Shown in pieces: positions 27,167 to 36,171 of a DNA stretch of 60,069 nucleotides. The notes under the pieces were generated by a model, which made no database searches, was not told the origin of the DNA, and saw only the letters and a list, made by a program, of their open reading frames with translations. The number at the start of each line of letters is the position of its first letter. Positions within the stretch are counted from its first letter, which is position 1. The translations under genes and the position numbers were made by a program. The stretch covers positions 1 to 60,069 of the forward strand of contig SVRA01000003.1 of the NCBI GenBank assembly GCA_015065075.1. Reading direction: 5' to 3'. The stretch comes from Oscillospiraceae bacterium (GTDB lineage: Bacteria > Bacillota > Clostridia > Oscillospirales > CAG-272).

Positions 27167-27682
27167 ATGGAAAAGAAACAGTATCTTGAATGCGCGATAA
27201 TTATAAATACCCACGGAGTGCGCGGAGACGTCAAGCTCGAATCTCTCTGCGATAGCCCCGAGGTCCTTGCCTCGCTCGAGCGGGTTTTTACGCTCGAAAA
27301 CGGCAAATACAGAGAAATAAAAGTGACTCACGCGTCAATATTCAAGCAGTTCGTGCTTGCCTCGCTCGAGGGAGTGACCGATATGGATCAGGCGGCAGTA
27401 ATGAAGGGAACTATGCTCTACGCCTCGCGCGACGATTTTGAGCTCGACGAGGGAGATTACTTCATCGCCGACCTCATAGGACTTCCCGTTATCGACGTCG
27501 ATAGCGGCAAGACCTACGGCACGGTAAAAGAGGTCATCAACCGCGGCGCGTCGGATATATACGTCGTAAAGACACCCGACGGAGAGCGAATGATGCCCGC
27601 AGTCGAGGAATTCGTCAAGAATATTGATCTCGAAAAGGGAATATTCGTCAAAACCATCCCGGGACTGCTCAGCGACGACTGA
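27167..27682 (+). CDS. rimM: Ribosome maturation factor RimM
   Basis: NTHGVRGDVK, YFIADLIGL, GASDIYVV. Confidence 0.96.
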   Translation: MEKKQYLECAIIINTHGVRGDVKLESLCDSPEVLASLERVFTLENGKYREIKVTHASIFKQFVLASLEGVTDMDQAAVMKGTMLYASRDDFELDEGDYFIADLIGLPVIDVDSGKTYGTVKEVINRGASDIYVVKTPDGERMMPAVEEFVKNIDLEKGIFVKTIPGLLSDD

Positions 27683-27706
27683 TAAAGACAATTAAAAGGA
27701 CAAATT

Positions 27707-28411
27707 ATGAGATTTGATATAATGACACTCTTTCCCGACCTTGTGAATACGGTGCTGGGCGAGAGCATCATCGGCAGAGCGCAAAAAAGCGGCGCGGTCG
27801 AGATAAACACCTACAATATCCGCGATTATAGCGAGGACAAGCACCGTCGGGTAGACGATACCCCCTATGGCGGCGGCAAGGGAATGCTTATGATGGCGCC
27901 CCCGATATATAATTGCTATTCGGCTATCCTTGAGCAGCAAAAGGATGTCGGATTTGCCCCCGAAAGCCGCAGAGTCGTATACATGTCGCCTGCAGGAAAG
28001 GTGCTCGATCAGAAAAAAGCCGAGGAGCTTTCAAAGTTTGAAAACGTTATCATTCTTTGCGGTCACTACGAGGGAGTCGACCGCAGAATAATCGACGAGA
28101 TCGTCGACGAGGAGATCTCGATAGGCGACTTCGTGCTCACGGGCGGCGAGATCCCCGCAACAATACTCGTGGATGCAGTTTCCCGTCTTTTACCGGGAGT
28201 TCTGTCAGATCCCGAGTGCTACGAAAAGGAAAGCATATCGTCGGGTATGCTTGAATATCCGCAGTACACAAGACCCTATGAATTCCATGGAGTTAAGGTT
28301 CCCGACGTGCTTATCTCGGGACACCACGCCAATATCGATAAATGGCGCGACGAAACTGCGAGAGAGCTGACCGAAAAAAATCGCCCCGACCTTTTGGAAG
28401 GGAAAAAATAA
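27707..28411 (+). CDS. trmD: tRNA (guanine-N1)-methyltransferase TrmD
   Basis: TLFP, VDDTPYGGG, CGHYEGVD, SIGDFVLTGGE, YPQYTRP. Confidence 0.98.
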   Translation: MRFDIMTLFPDLVNTVLGESIIGRAQKSGAVEINTYNIRDYSEDKHRRVDDTPYGGGKGMLMMAPPIYNCYSAILEQQKDVGFAPESRRVVYMSPAGKVLDQKKAEELSKFENVIILCGHYEGVDRRIIDEIVDEEISIGDFVLTGGEIPATILVDAVSRLLPGVLSDPECYEKESISSGMLEYPQYTRPYEFHGVKVPDVLISGHHANIDKWRDETARELTEKNRPDLLEGKK

Positions 28412-28448
28412 AAAAGCCACGAAAGATTCACGGAAGGGAGGAGATAGC

Positions 28449-30431
28449 TTGGCAACGAGAAAAAAAGAAAAGCAGCGAAAGGGCTCGTTTATTCTTAACG
28501 CCGTAAACGCGTTCACAGCGTTCATATATTCGTTGTTCGCGCACGGCAGAGTCGGAAGCTGGATGTCCGTGGCAAACGAGTCGTATGAGGACAGCTACTG
28601 TGCTCAGATTTTGGATAATACCGCGCGCTCCAAGAAGCAAGGCACACTGAAAAAGCATGCCGATACAGTGCTCAAGGAAAGTAGGGGCCTGCGAATATTG
28701 GATTCGCTTAGAAAGCTGATGTCCTCGTTGAAGGTCAACGTATACGGAATGTTTTTCCTTATGTACGGAATGACCTCAGCCATAGTCTATTTCGTTCCGA
28801 TACTTTTGTATGGAAAAAGCAATCACGCGGTATCCTCTCTGTTTACGTCGGTTACGTTGATAGTCTGCTCACTTCCTTTGCTGATGTCGTCAAAGACCTT
28901 GGCAGCAACCGTCTACGAGCACAGGACGTTGAAAAAAATATTCCTGTCTTTTTTTGGCATACCCGAGGAAAAGCTCGTATCTATTAAGGAAAAAACGGGC
29001 GGAGCGGTAGGTATGTTCATTGCCTCGCTGATAGCCGTAGGGTGCGGTGTGCTGACCTATTTCGTCCACTCGTCGTATCTTCTTTTTGTCGTTGCCATAT
29101 TAATAGTTTTCTGCCTTGTGACCTCGACCACCGAAACAGGCGTTGCGATCACGCTTGCGGCAACCCCATTCCTTAGATATTTCTCGGTTTCGGATATAAT
29201 CCTCGTTTCCCTGATATTGCTCACGGCAATATCCTATATTGCCAAGATGCTCAAACACAGAAGAGTGATCTCATTCTCCGCGGAAAGCGTAATAGTGTTT
29301 GTTTTCTGCGGATTTATCTTGGTCACAAGCTTGTTTTCGGATGGCGGTATGCGAACCGTTTTGGATTCGTTGTACTCGGTAGTCGTGATCCTCGGCGGAT
29401 TTTTTATGACGTATAATCTCATAAGAGACAGAAAACGGCTCAACGCTTGTGTCAAAATAATGGCGGTGAGCTTTTGTATACTTGCCGTAGTCGGTTTGTG
29501 GAATGTGTTTTATGATGCGATAGCAGACGGATTTATACATTCGATACACGAATACGCTCGTCCGATATTTGAAGGTCAGTCGATCAATATAGCGGATAGC
29601 GCAGAGGTGTACGGAGTGCTGGCTGTTATAGTGACCCCATTGCTTTTCGCTTATATGTCAAAGCAGCGTACTGTCAGCGGTGTCTTTTTAAGGTGTGTGC
29701 TGTTAGTCTTGGTTATGGTGTCTGTATTCATTTACGGAACCTACGAGGCAGCTATTGCGATACTTATAGAGTTTTGCCTGTTTTGGCTGATTTACAGCCA
29801 TAAAACGCTGACGACAGTGATGGTCCTGCTCGTCCCCATAGGTATATTTACGATGCTTTATCCATACGTGTCGTCGTACGTAGACTTTGGCGAAGCATTG
29901 AATTCTATCTCTTGGATATTACCCGAGGAATCCGCAAATGCCCCGATAAGAATGAGCGTCTTCGAAAGCGTTTGGGAAATGCTTAGTAACGGTAACTTCT
30001 TGGGTATCGGCTCGGGAGAACACGCGTTTGTGTCGGCACATTCAGCATATGCAAACGCCGTTTCCGATGGAGCGACCTCGTCGGGCTCGTTGTGGCTGCA
30101 GGTGCTCTGTTGGTCGGGAATAGGAGGCGCCGTAACGTTCGTTATTTTCAGCTTTATCATTTTGCGTAACGGCTTGGGTTACGTTGCAAGCATACGGAGT
30201 CACGAAAACAAGAGAGAGGCACTTGCGCTCACGGTAGGAATTTTCGCGTCTCTTGTTTTTGGAACGGTAAGTTGCCTGTGGGATGATATGAGAATGCTTT
30301 ACTTGTTTTGGACTGCGGCGGGCTTGCTTGCGGGATACGTCAGAGTCGGAAGAGAAGAGCAGCAAAAGGACAAGACCGAATATTCCAATAATGAAACCGA
30401 TTTTGACGTCGAAGTGAGATTTTACAAATAA
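28449..30431 (+). CDS. Polytopic membrane protein, O-antigen ligase-like
   Basis: Many TMs; IRMSVFESVWEML...GIGSG...F...SGSLWLQVL..SGIGG resembles the Wzy_C loop. Confidence 0.65.
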   Translation: MATRKKEKQRKGSFILNAVNAFTAFIYSLFAHGRVGSWMSVANESYEDSYCAQILDNTARSKKQGTLKKHADTVLKESRGLRILDSLRKLMSSLKVNVYGMFFLMYGMTSAIVYFVPILLYGKSNHAVSSLFTSVTLIVCSLPLLMSSKTLAATVYEHRTLKKIFLSFFGIPEEKLVSIKEKTGGAVGMFIASLIAVGCGVLTYFVHSSYLLFVVAILIVFCLVTSTTETGVAITLAATPFLRYFSVSDIILVSLILLTAISYIAKMLKHRRVISFSAESVIVFVFCGFILVTSLFSDGGMRTVLDSLYSVVVILGGFFMTYNLIRDRKRLNACVKIMAVSFCILAVVGLWNVFYDAIADGFIHSIHEYARPIFEGQSINIADSAEVYGVLAVIVTPLLFAYMSKQRTVSGVFLRCVLLVLVMVSVFIYGTYEAAIAILIEFCLFWLIYSHKTLTTVMVLLVPIGIFTMLYPYVSSYVDFGEALNSISWILPEESANAPIRMSVFESVWEMLSNGNFLGIGSGEHAFVSAHSAYANAVSDGATSSGSLWLQVLCWSGIGGAVTFVIFSFIILRNGLGYVASIRSHENKREALALTVGIFASLVFGTVSCLWDDMRMLYLFWTAAGLLAGYVRVGREEQQKDKTEYSNNETDFDVEVRFYK

Positions 30432-30449
30432 TCGAAAGGATATAGAGAA

Positions 30450-31049
30450 ATGCCTGAACTCAAGAAGAACGATCAGAGCGAGACCGCAAAGAATCTGAAA
30501 AAGGCAGATTCCGAAAAATCATTAGGCGGTACGCAGATTGATTACATAGTTGGGCTTCGCGGTGTAAAAGCGAAGGATCCGACAGAAAGCGAAAAAACCC
30601 GTAAAGCAAAGGCGCGTAAAAAGCTTCCGCTGGCAGTAGATATTATAATAACCCTGTTGATGCTGGCACTGATAGTGGGAGTAATAGTTGGAGCTTATTA
30701 TCTGTTCAGATATTTCTCCACGGATTATGAAAGCGTGAATATCGAGTATTCCTTTGCCATCTCGTGTGAAGAAAACGCCGCTGAATATCAAAAGGTGTTG
30801 AATAAAGAGCTCTATTTTGACATAGATGGCAGTACCGTGTATTTTGGAAAGATAAAGTCAATTTCTGTTTCCGAGGATAATACGCTTGCGGTATTGACCG
30901 TAGAGGTCACGGCAATCCATAAGGCAGATGCGGGATATTATCTTGGAGAAAACAGAGTAGCAGTTGGAAGCGACTATACTCTCAGGATCGAGGATCAAAA
31001 AATAGACGGAACCGTTGTCGAACTTACGGGAGGTTTGCGTGAAAGTTGA
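30450..31049 (+). CDS. Single-TM protein, DUF4330-like
   Basis: VDIIITLL TM, FGKIKSI, GYYLGENRVAVGS..LR. Confidence 0.6.
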   Translation: MPELKKNDQSETAKNLKKADSEKSLGGTQIDYIVGLRGVKAKDPTESEKTRKAKARKKLPLAVDIIITLLMLALIVGVIVGAYYLFRYFSTDYESVNIEYSFAISCEENAAEYQKVLNKELYFDIDGSTVYFGKIKSISVSEDNTLAVLTVEVTAIHKADAGYYLGENRVAVGSDYTLRIEDQKIDGTVVELTGGLRES

Positions 31050-31152
31050 TTCCTACCATTAGGTAATTATGCTTTTTCACGCGAGAAATTTGCCGTTGGC
31101 AAAATTCGCAAATCATATTTGTGCCGCTGCACGCGGCGGAATGGAGATTAAA
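31029..31152 (+). repeat. Family 1 cassette, copy 3
   Basis: GGAG..GCGTGAAA..TAGGTAATT..TTTCACGC..GAAATTTGCC-GTT-GGCAAAATTC..TTTGTGCCGC..GCGGCGGAATGGAGAT-ATG. Confidence 0.88.
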
Positions 31153-31695
31153 ATGGCAGAAAAGCGCAAAAGATCGGGTAGAAGAATAACCGCGTTCGAT
31201 ATAATGGTGATATTGCTCGTCCTTTGCCTTATCGGGACGGTAGTATACAGAGTGTATACCGAAATCGACAACGACAAAGCGGGCATCACGTCAAAATATT
31301 CAATTGAATTTGAGTGCGAGGATTACGATAGTCTTGCAAAATATCTTTTAGACGAAGAGGAGGTATACCTTGCCTCAAACGGCAGACTCCTTGGAGAGAT
31401 ATATAAGGGTTGGAACGACGCTCAGGCGATATACGTTGAGTATTCCGACACGGAAGGCACAGAGCAGACCGAGTCGGGAAATGACGAGCAATCAGCAAAA
31501 AATGAGACGGCGGTGTCGTACCGAATGGCAAAAATGACGGGAAAAATGCGTCTGAACTTAGAGGTTTTGGCATCAAAGGAAGGAAACTACTATTCGTTGG
31601 GAGAAGTCAACTTTTCCAAGGGGAGCGTGATAGACGTATATACCGACGATGCGGAGTTTACGATAACTATAACAAGCATAACCGCAACTAAATAA
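31153..31695 (+). CDS. Single-TM protein, DUF4330-like paralog
   Basis: FDIMVILL TM, GRLLGEI, YYSLGEVNFSKGS; start moved to 31153. Confidence 0.6.
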   Translation: MAEKRKRSGRRITAFDIMVILLVLCLIGTVVYRVYTEIDNDKAGITSKYSIEFECEDYDSLAKYLLDEEEVYLASNGRLLGEIYKGWNDAQAIYVEYSDTEGTEQTESGNDEQSAKNETAVSYRMAKMTGKMRLNLEVLASKEGNYYSLGEVNFSKGSVIDVYTDDAEFTITITSITATK

Positions 31696-31899
31696 CGCTT
31701 AAGAATTAAAAAATTATCGAGATTTGTGTATTTTGCCAAAAAAACACACAAAAATTGTGCAAAAAATATACAATATTTGCTCTTGATTTTGAACTGTATT
31801 TTTGTTATACTAATGGTAACCGAAGTTCTCGGTTTTATTGCCGACGAATTTTTGAGAACGATCTAAATCAGAGATACATACAGACAGGAGTAAAAATCG

Positions 31900-32163
31900 A
31901 TGAAAACTCGTGAAGTCGTAATAACAAATGCCAGCGGTCTCCACGCAAGACCTGCAACCTTCTTTATTCAGAAGGCGAATTGTTATAAAAGCACGATCCT
32001 TATTGAAAAAGACGACCGTAAGGTAAATGCAAAAAGTCTTCTCGGTGTTCTGTCTCTTGGAATTGCAAAGGGAATGACTGTTAAGATCACGGCAGAAGGA
32101 CAGGACGAGGATTCAGCATTGGACGGCCTCGTATCCCTCGTAAATTCAGGGTTCAACGAATAA
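31900..32163 (+). CDS. ptsH: PTS phosphocarrier HPr
   Basis: GLHARPA (His15), NAKSLLG (Ser46). Confidence 0.95.
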   Translation: MKTREVVITNASGLHARPATFFIQKANCYKSTILIEKDDRKVNAKSLLGVLSLGIAKGMTVKITAEGQDEDSALDGLVSLVNSGFNE

Positions 32164-32184
32164 TAACAGAACGGTGCCAAGGGG

Positions 32185-32222
32185 TGCGGAGACGGTCGAT
32201 ATCGGCTGCTCCGCATTTTTTC
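32185..32222 (+). terminator. Terminator after HPr
   Basis: TGCGGAG...CTCCGCA followed by a T run. Confidence 0.7.
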
Positions 32223-32253
32223 AACCTTAAAAATGCAGATGGGAGGGTAAGAA

Positions 32254-34092
32254 ATGCCAATAAAAGAAAACGAAATAAAAGCGTTGCTCGAAAAGGCGAA
32301 CTCTCTGCCTCTGCGCCCTGGCGTGTATATTATGAAAAACGCCGCGGGAACGGTGATATACGTAGGTAAATCACGCAAGCTGAAGAACCGCGTTTCGCAG
32401 TATTTTCAGAATAGCGAAAAGAACGTCAAAACCGCGGGAATGGTAAGAGCCGTCAAGGATTTCGACTATTACGTCTGCGACACTGAGATCGAGGCGCTCT
32501 CGCTCGAAAACACCCTGATAAAGCAGTATTCACCCAAATATAATATAAGACTTAAGGACGCAAAATCCTACCCATATATCAAGCTGACCGACGAGCTCTA
32601 TCCAAGACTCGTAATGACGCGAAAGCGCGGCGAGGGCGGCAGATATTTCGGACCCTATTCAGGCACGTCGACCGTCTTTTCGGTCATAAATACGCTCTCC
32701 GCAGTGCTCGGACTCCCAACCTGTAAACGAAAATTCCCGAGAGATATCGGCAAGGAGCGCCCCTGCCTATATTATCAAATGAAGAAATGCTGCGGAGTCT
32801 GCACGGGCAACGTAGAGCCCGACGAGTATCTTGAAAAGATAAAATACGCGACCGACGTGTTGCGCGGACACACCAAAGAGGTTAAAAACAAGCTGACCGA
32901 GCAGATGTACGAGTACGCCGAGAACGAAAGATTTGAAGCGGCGGCAAGGTGCAGAGACACGATAGCGGCGCTCGACCGACTCGGACAAAAGCAAAAGGTG
33001 GTCGCGCCCTCCGATACCGAGCACGACGTGATCGCGCTATATAACGACGACGTCTGCTCCTGTATATCGGTATTCTTCATCCGCGACGGAGCAGTCAGCG
33101 ATAAGCAGGAATTCGTCTACGGTGCGGAGCGCATCGTGGACGAGCAGAACATTTCTGCGTTCATCTGCGAGCTTTATCAGATAAGAGAATATATCCCGAA
33201 AAGCATATTGCTTTCCTTCGAGCTCGACGACGGAGACAGAGAAACGCTCAGCGCATACCTCTCCGAGCTCGCAGGAAGAAAAGTAATCGTAAGAACGGCA
33301 GAGCGCGGAGACAACAAGGCGCTTTGCGATATGGTAAGAGACAATGCAGAGGAGAGGGCAAAGGCGTATAAAAACGCGGCAGAGAAGGATGAAAAGGTGC
33401 TCACCCGACTCGCAGAGCTGCTCTCACTTGAGACCTACCCCGAAAGGATCGAGGCGTACGATATATCCAACCTCGGACGTGAGCATATCACTGCGGGAAT
33501 GATAGTGACCGACGGCACGAGCTTCAAGAAAAGCGACTACCGTTCGTTCAAAATAACCTCGGTCAAGGACGGCACCGACGACTACGCAAGCATGCGCGAG
33601 GCGATCTCGCGCCGACTCGATCATCTTGACGACGAAAGCGGCTCATTTTCCGAGCTCCCCGACCTGATATTGCTCGACGGCGGCAAGGGACACGTTTCGA
33701 CCGTTCGAGAGCTGCTCAGAGAAAAGGGACTCGATATCGCGGTCTTCGGTATGGTCAAGGACGATTTCCATAAAACACGAGCCCTCTGTACCGATACCGA
33801 GGAGATAAGCATCGCCAAGGAAAACGCGCTCTTCGTGTTCATCTATAAGATACAGGAGGAGGTCCACCGCTTTACCGTCTCGAGAATGGATAGCGCAAAG
33901 CGTAAGACACTCACAAGATCCTCGCTCACAAAAATAAGCGGAATTGGCGACGCGAAGGCAAAGCTTCTGCTCTCGCACTTCGGCGGTATCGGAGCGATAA
34001 AGACCGCCACCGAGAGCGAGATAGCCGCCGTCAAGGGAATCAGCGCCAAGGACGCAGCAAAAATAAAGGAATATTTCAACGATAAGGACTGA
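32254..34092 (+). CDS. uvrC: Excinuclease ABC subunit C
   Basis: GIY-YIG (PGVYIM...IYVGKS), FGPY, IEAYDISN, PDLILLDGGKGH, HhH. Confidence 0.98.
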   Translation: MPIKENEIKALLEKANSLPLRPGVYIMKNAAGTVIYVGKSRKLKNRVSQYFQNSEKNVKTAGMVRAVKDFDYYVCDTEIEALSLENTLIKQYSPKYNIRLKDAKSYPYIKLTDELYPRLVMTRKRGEGGRYFGPYSGTSTVFSVINTLSAVLGLPTCKRKFPRDIGKERPCLYYQMKKCCGVCTGNVEPDEYLEKIKYATDVLRGHTKEVKNKLTEQMYEYAENERFEAAARCRDTIAALDRLGQKQKVVAPSDTEHDVIALYNDDVCSCISVFFIRDGAVSDKQEFVYGAERIVDEQNISAFICELYQIREYIPKSILLSFELDDGDRETLSAYLSELAGRKVIVRTAERGDNKALCDMVRDNAEERAKAYKNAAEKDEKVLTRLAELLSLETYPERIEAYDISNLGREHITAGMIVTDGTSFKKSDYRSFKITSVKDGTDDYASMREAISRRLDHLDDESGSFSELPDLILLDGGKGHVSTVRELLREKGLDIAVFGMVKDDFHKTRALCTDTEEISIAKENALFVFIYKIQEEVHRFTVSRMDSAKRKTLTRSSLTKISGIGDAKAKLLLSHFGGIGAIKTATESEIAAVKGISAKDAAKIKEYFNDKD

Positions 34093-34094
34093 TT

Positions 34095-34658
34095 ATGATG
34101 CGAATAATAACGGGCAAGGCCCGAGGAATAAAGCTTTTAACGCTCGAGGGCGAAAATACCCGACCGACCTCGGAGCGCGCCAAGGAGGCGGTATTTTCAA
34201 TGCTCCAGTTTGATCTTGAGGGCAGAGAGGTGCTCGACCTTTTTGCAGGCTCGGGTCAGATGGGACTCGAAGCCGTGTCACGCGGCGCGGCAAGTGCAAC
34301 CTTTGTCGACAGATCAAAGGATGCCGCCGCAATTATTGCCAAGAATATCGAAAAAACACACCTCGACGCGCAGTGTCGACTTTTTACCGCCGACGTCTCG
34401 GACTATATCCGCACCGTGAAGGGCAGAAGAAGGTTCGATATCGTATTTATCGACCCGCCGTATAGCCTCCGCGCCGTGCCGCCCACGCTCGAGGCGCTTT
34501 TGAGCGCAGATCTGCTCAAGCCGACCTCAATTTTGGTCTGCGAGAGCGCCGAGGAGGATATTTTTGAAAATAACCCCGACCTCGCGGCAAAATTCGAGAT
34601 GATCAAGCGCGCAAAATACGGTGTCGCGCATATAACTATATTAAAACCGCTGATCTAA
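34095..34658 (+). CDS. rsmD: 16S rRNA (guanine966-N2)-methyltransferase RsmD
   Basis: MRIITG, TRPT, LDLFAGSG, FIDPPY. Confidence 0.95.
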   Translation: MMRIITGKARGIKLLTLEGENTRPTSERAKEAVFSMLQFDLEGREVLDLFAGSGQMGLEAVSRGAASATFVDRSKDAAAIIAKNIEKTHLDAQCRLFTADVSDYIRTVKGRRRFDIVFIDPPYSLRAVPPTLEALLSADLLKPTSILVCESAEEDIFENNPDLAAKFEMIKRAKYGVAHITILKPLI

Positions 34659-34690
34659 CTCCCAAAATCAAAAAATCAGGAGAAAAAACG

Positions 34691-35200
34691 ATGAAGATAG
34701 CACTTATCCCGGGTAGCTTCGACCCGATAACCCTCGGTCATCTCAACGTGATCGAGCGCGCCTCGAAAATGTTTGATAAGGTCTACGTTGCCGTGATGAA
34801 TAACGACTCCTCAAAGTATTCCGAAGTCCTTTCCTCCAAAACCTATACGTTCACCGCCGAGGAGAGATTGATAATGGTCGGACACGCCACATCACATATG
34901 GAAAATGTCGAAGCAATCTACGGAGAAGGAATACTGCTCATAGACCTTTTCGACGAGCTCGGCGCAACCGCCATCGTAAAGGGAATACGTAACGAAAAAG
35001 ACCTAGAATACGAAATGATACACGCCAAATGGAACAAAGAGCACAACGATCGCGCCGAGACCTTGTTTCTTCCCGCCGATGAAAAGCTTTGCTCGGTCAG
35101 CTCCACGGCAGTCCGTCAGTTGATATCGGAAAAGAATTTTAAAGCTCTTGAGGGTGTAATTCATAAAAAAACGCTCGAATGGCTAAAAAACAGATATTAA
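34691..35200 (+). CDS. coaD: Phosphopantetheine adenylyltransferase
   Basis: PGSFDPITLGH, KGIRN..D.EYE, VSSTAVR; rsmD-coaD synteny. Confidence 0.93.
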   Translation: MKIALIPGSFDPITLGHLNVIERASKMFDKVYVAVMNNDSSKYSEVLSSKTYTFTAEERLIMVGHATSHMENVEAIYGEGILLIDLFDELGATAIVKGIRNEKDLEYEMIHAKWNKEHNDRAETLFLPADEKLCSVSSTAVRQLISEKNFKALEGVIHKKTLEWLKNRY

Positions 35201-35267
35201 GTTAACATTCAGTTAATAAAACTGTTGTAACATAAAATTACAAAATTTATACAAACGGAGGCAAATT

Positions 35268-35867
35268 ATGTCTAACAAGAAAAACGTGTTGGCGAATATT
35301 ATCATTTCGCTGATCATCGGAGTTATCCTTGGAACACTTCTCGTAGTGCTTTCAAATGTACTTCAATTTAACGATCTTCTGTACTGGGGTTTGGTAGTTG
35401 TTGGAATTATCACAATTATCAGTAACGTTCCTTCTCTCATCAACGGTATTATGAATATAAAGACCGCTGTGGGTATCATTGACCTTATATTTTCAATATT
35501 AGGTATCGTATTGGGCTGTATGCTGATATTTGTTCAGCACGAGGCAGTTAATATCATTTTGGCGGTATATCTTATAGCTTTCCCTATAGTCAGAATTATT
35601 CTTGCGGGCAAGAATGGTTGGAAGGATCAAATCAAAAAGGAATGGGTCAGAATATTGATAGGAGTGCTTTTGCTTGCATTCCTTCCTGCTTTGATTGGCG
35701 CGGGTGACAATATTTTGAAGATTTTGCTCTCTGTAAGTGGCTGGGTAGTTATCGCACTTTCCGTGCTCTTCTTCGTCCTCTCCCTTGTTTCCTATATCAA
35801 GGCTGTAAAGAACGTTGAAGCAGCAGCACCCGTAGAGACCACCGCAGAGGAAACTCAGGCAGAATAA
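35268..35867 (+). CDS. Membrane protein (about 6 TM, DUF308/HdeD-like)
   Basis: GGAGG RBS; repeated hydrophobic helices; AT-rich. Confidence 0.75.
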   Translation: MSNKKNVLANIIISLIIGVILGTLLVVLSNVLQFNDLLYWGLVVVGIITIISNVPSLINGIMNIKTAVGIIDLIFSILGIVLGCMLIFVQHEAVNIILAVYLIAFPIVRIILAGKNGWKDQIKKEWVRILIGVLLLAFLPALIGAGDNILKILLSVSGWVVIALSVLFFVLSLVSYIKAVKNVEAAAPVETTAEETQAE

Positions 35868-35884
35868 TTAAAACCAATATCGCT

Positions 35885-35920
35885 AAGATCCGCAGAGAGA
35901 CTTGTCTTTCTGCGGATCTT
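35885..35920 (+). terminator. Hairpin terminator
   Basis: AAGATCCGCAGAGAGAC-TT-GTCTTTCTGCGGATCTT. Confidence 0.75.
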
Positions 35921-36084
35921 GTGTTATGATGTGACTAAATAAAGCTTCTCATTTTCGCAAGGAAGGATTTGGCTGTAACTATTTGTTTGGTTCTTTATTT
36001 AGAAACTGCCCTTTAGAACCCGTCGCATTTCGGTCGGTATTTTTTTTTTTTTGCCTCAAAATCGCAAAAAAATATAAAAATCTA

Positions 36085-36141
36085 TTTACTTATGCAGTAA
36101 AGTGTGATATAATAATATGGATCGCAATAGAACTAAAGTTT
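36085..36141 (+). promoter_or_regulatory. uvrB promoter with putative LexA box
   Basis: TTTACT-17-TATAAT (TG-extended), then GAAC-TAAA-GTTT at 36130-36141 matching clostridial GAAC-N4-GTTY. Confidence 0.65.
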
Positions 36142-36171
36142 CATTTTTGGAAATTCGGGAAGGAGTTACCT

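Noticed and set aside
31817-31828. TAAC-CGAA-GTTC as a LexA box for HPr-uvrC
   Set aside because: One mismatch, part of a small hairpin, and a terminator separates HPr from uvrC
35983-36171. N-terminal extensions in the ORF track (uvrB, uvrA, ylbJ, fakA, DUF3737, yajC and others)
   Set aside because: They run through promoters or repeats; downstream starts have RBS and/or family-typical N-termini
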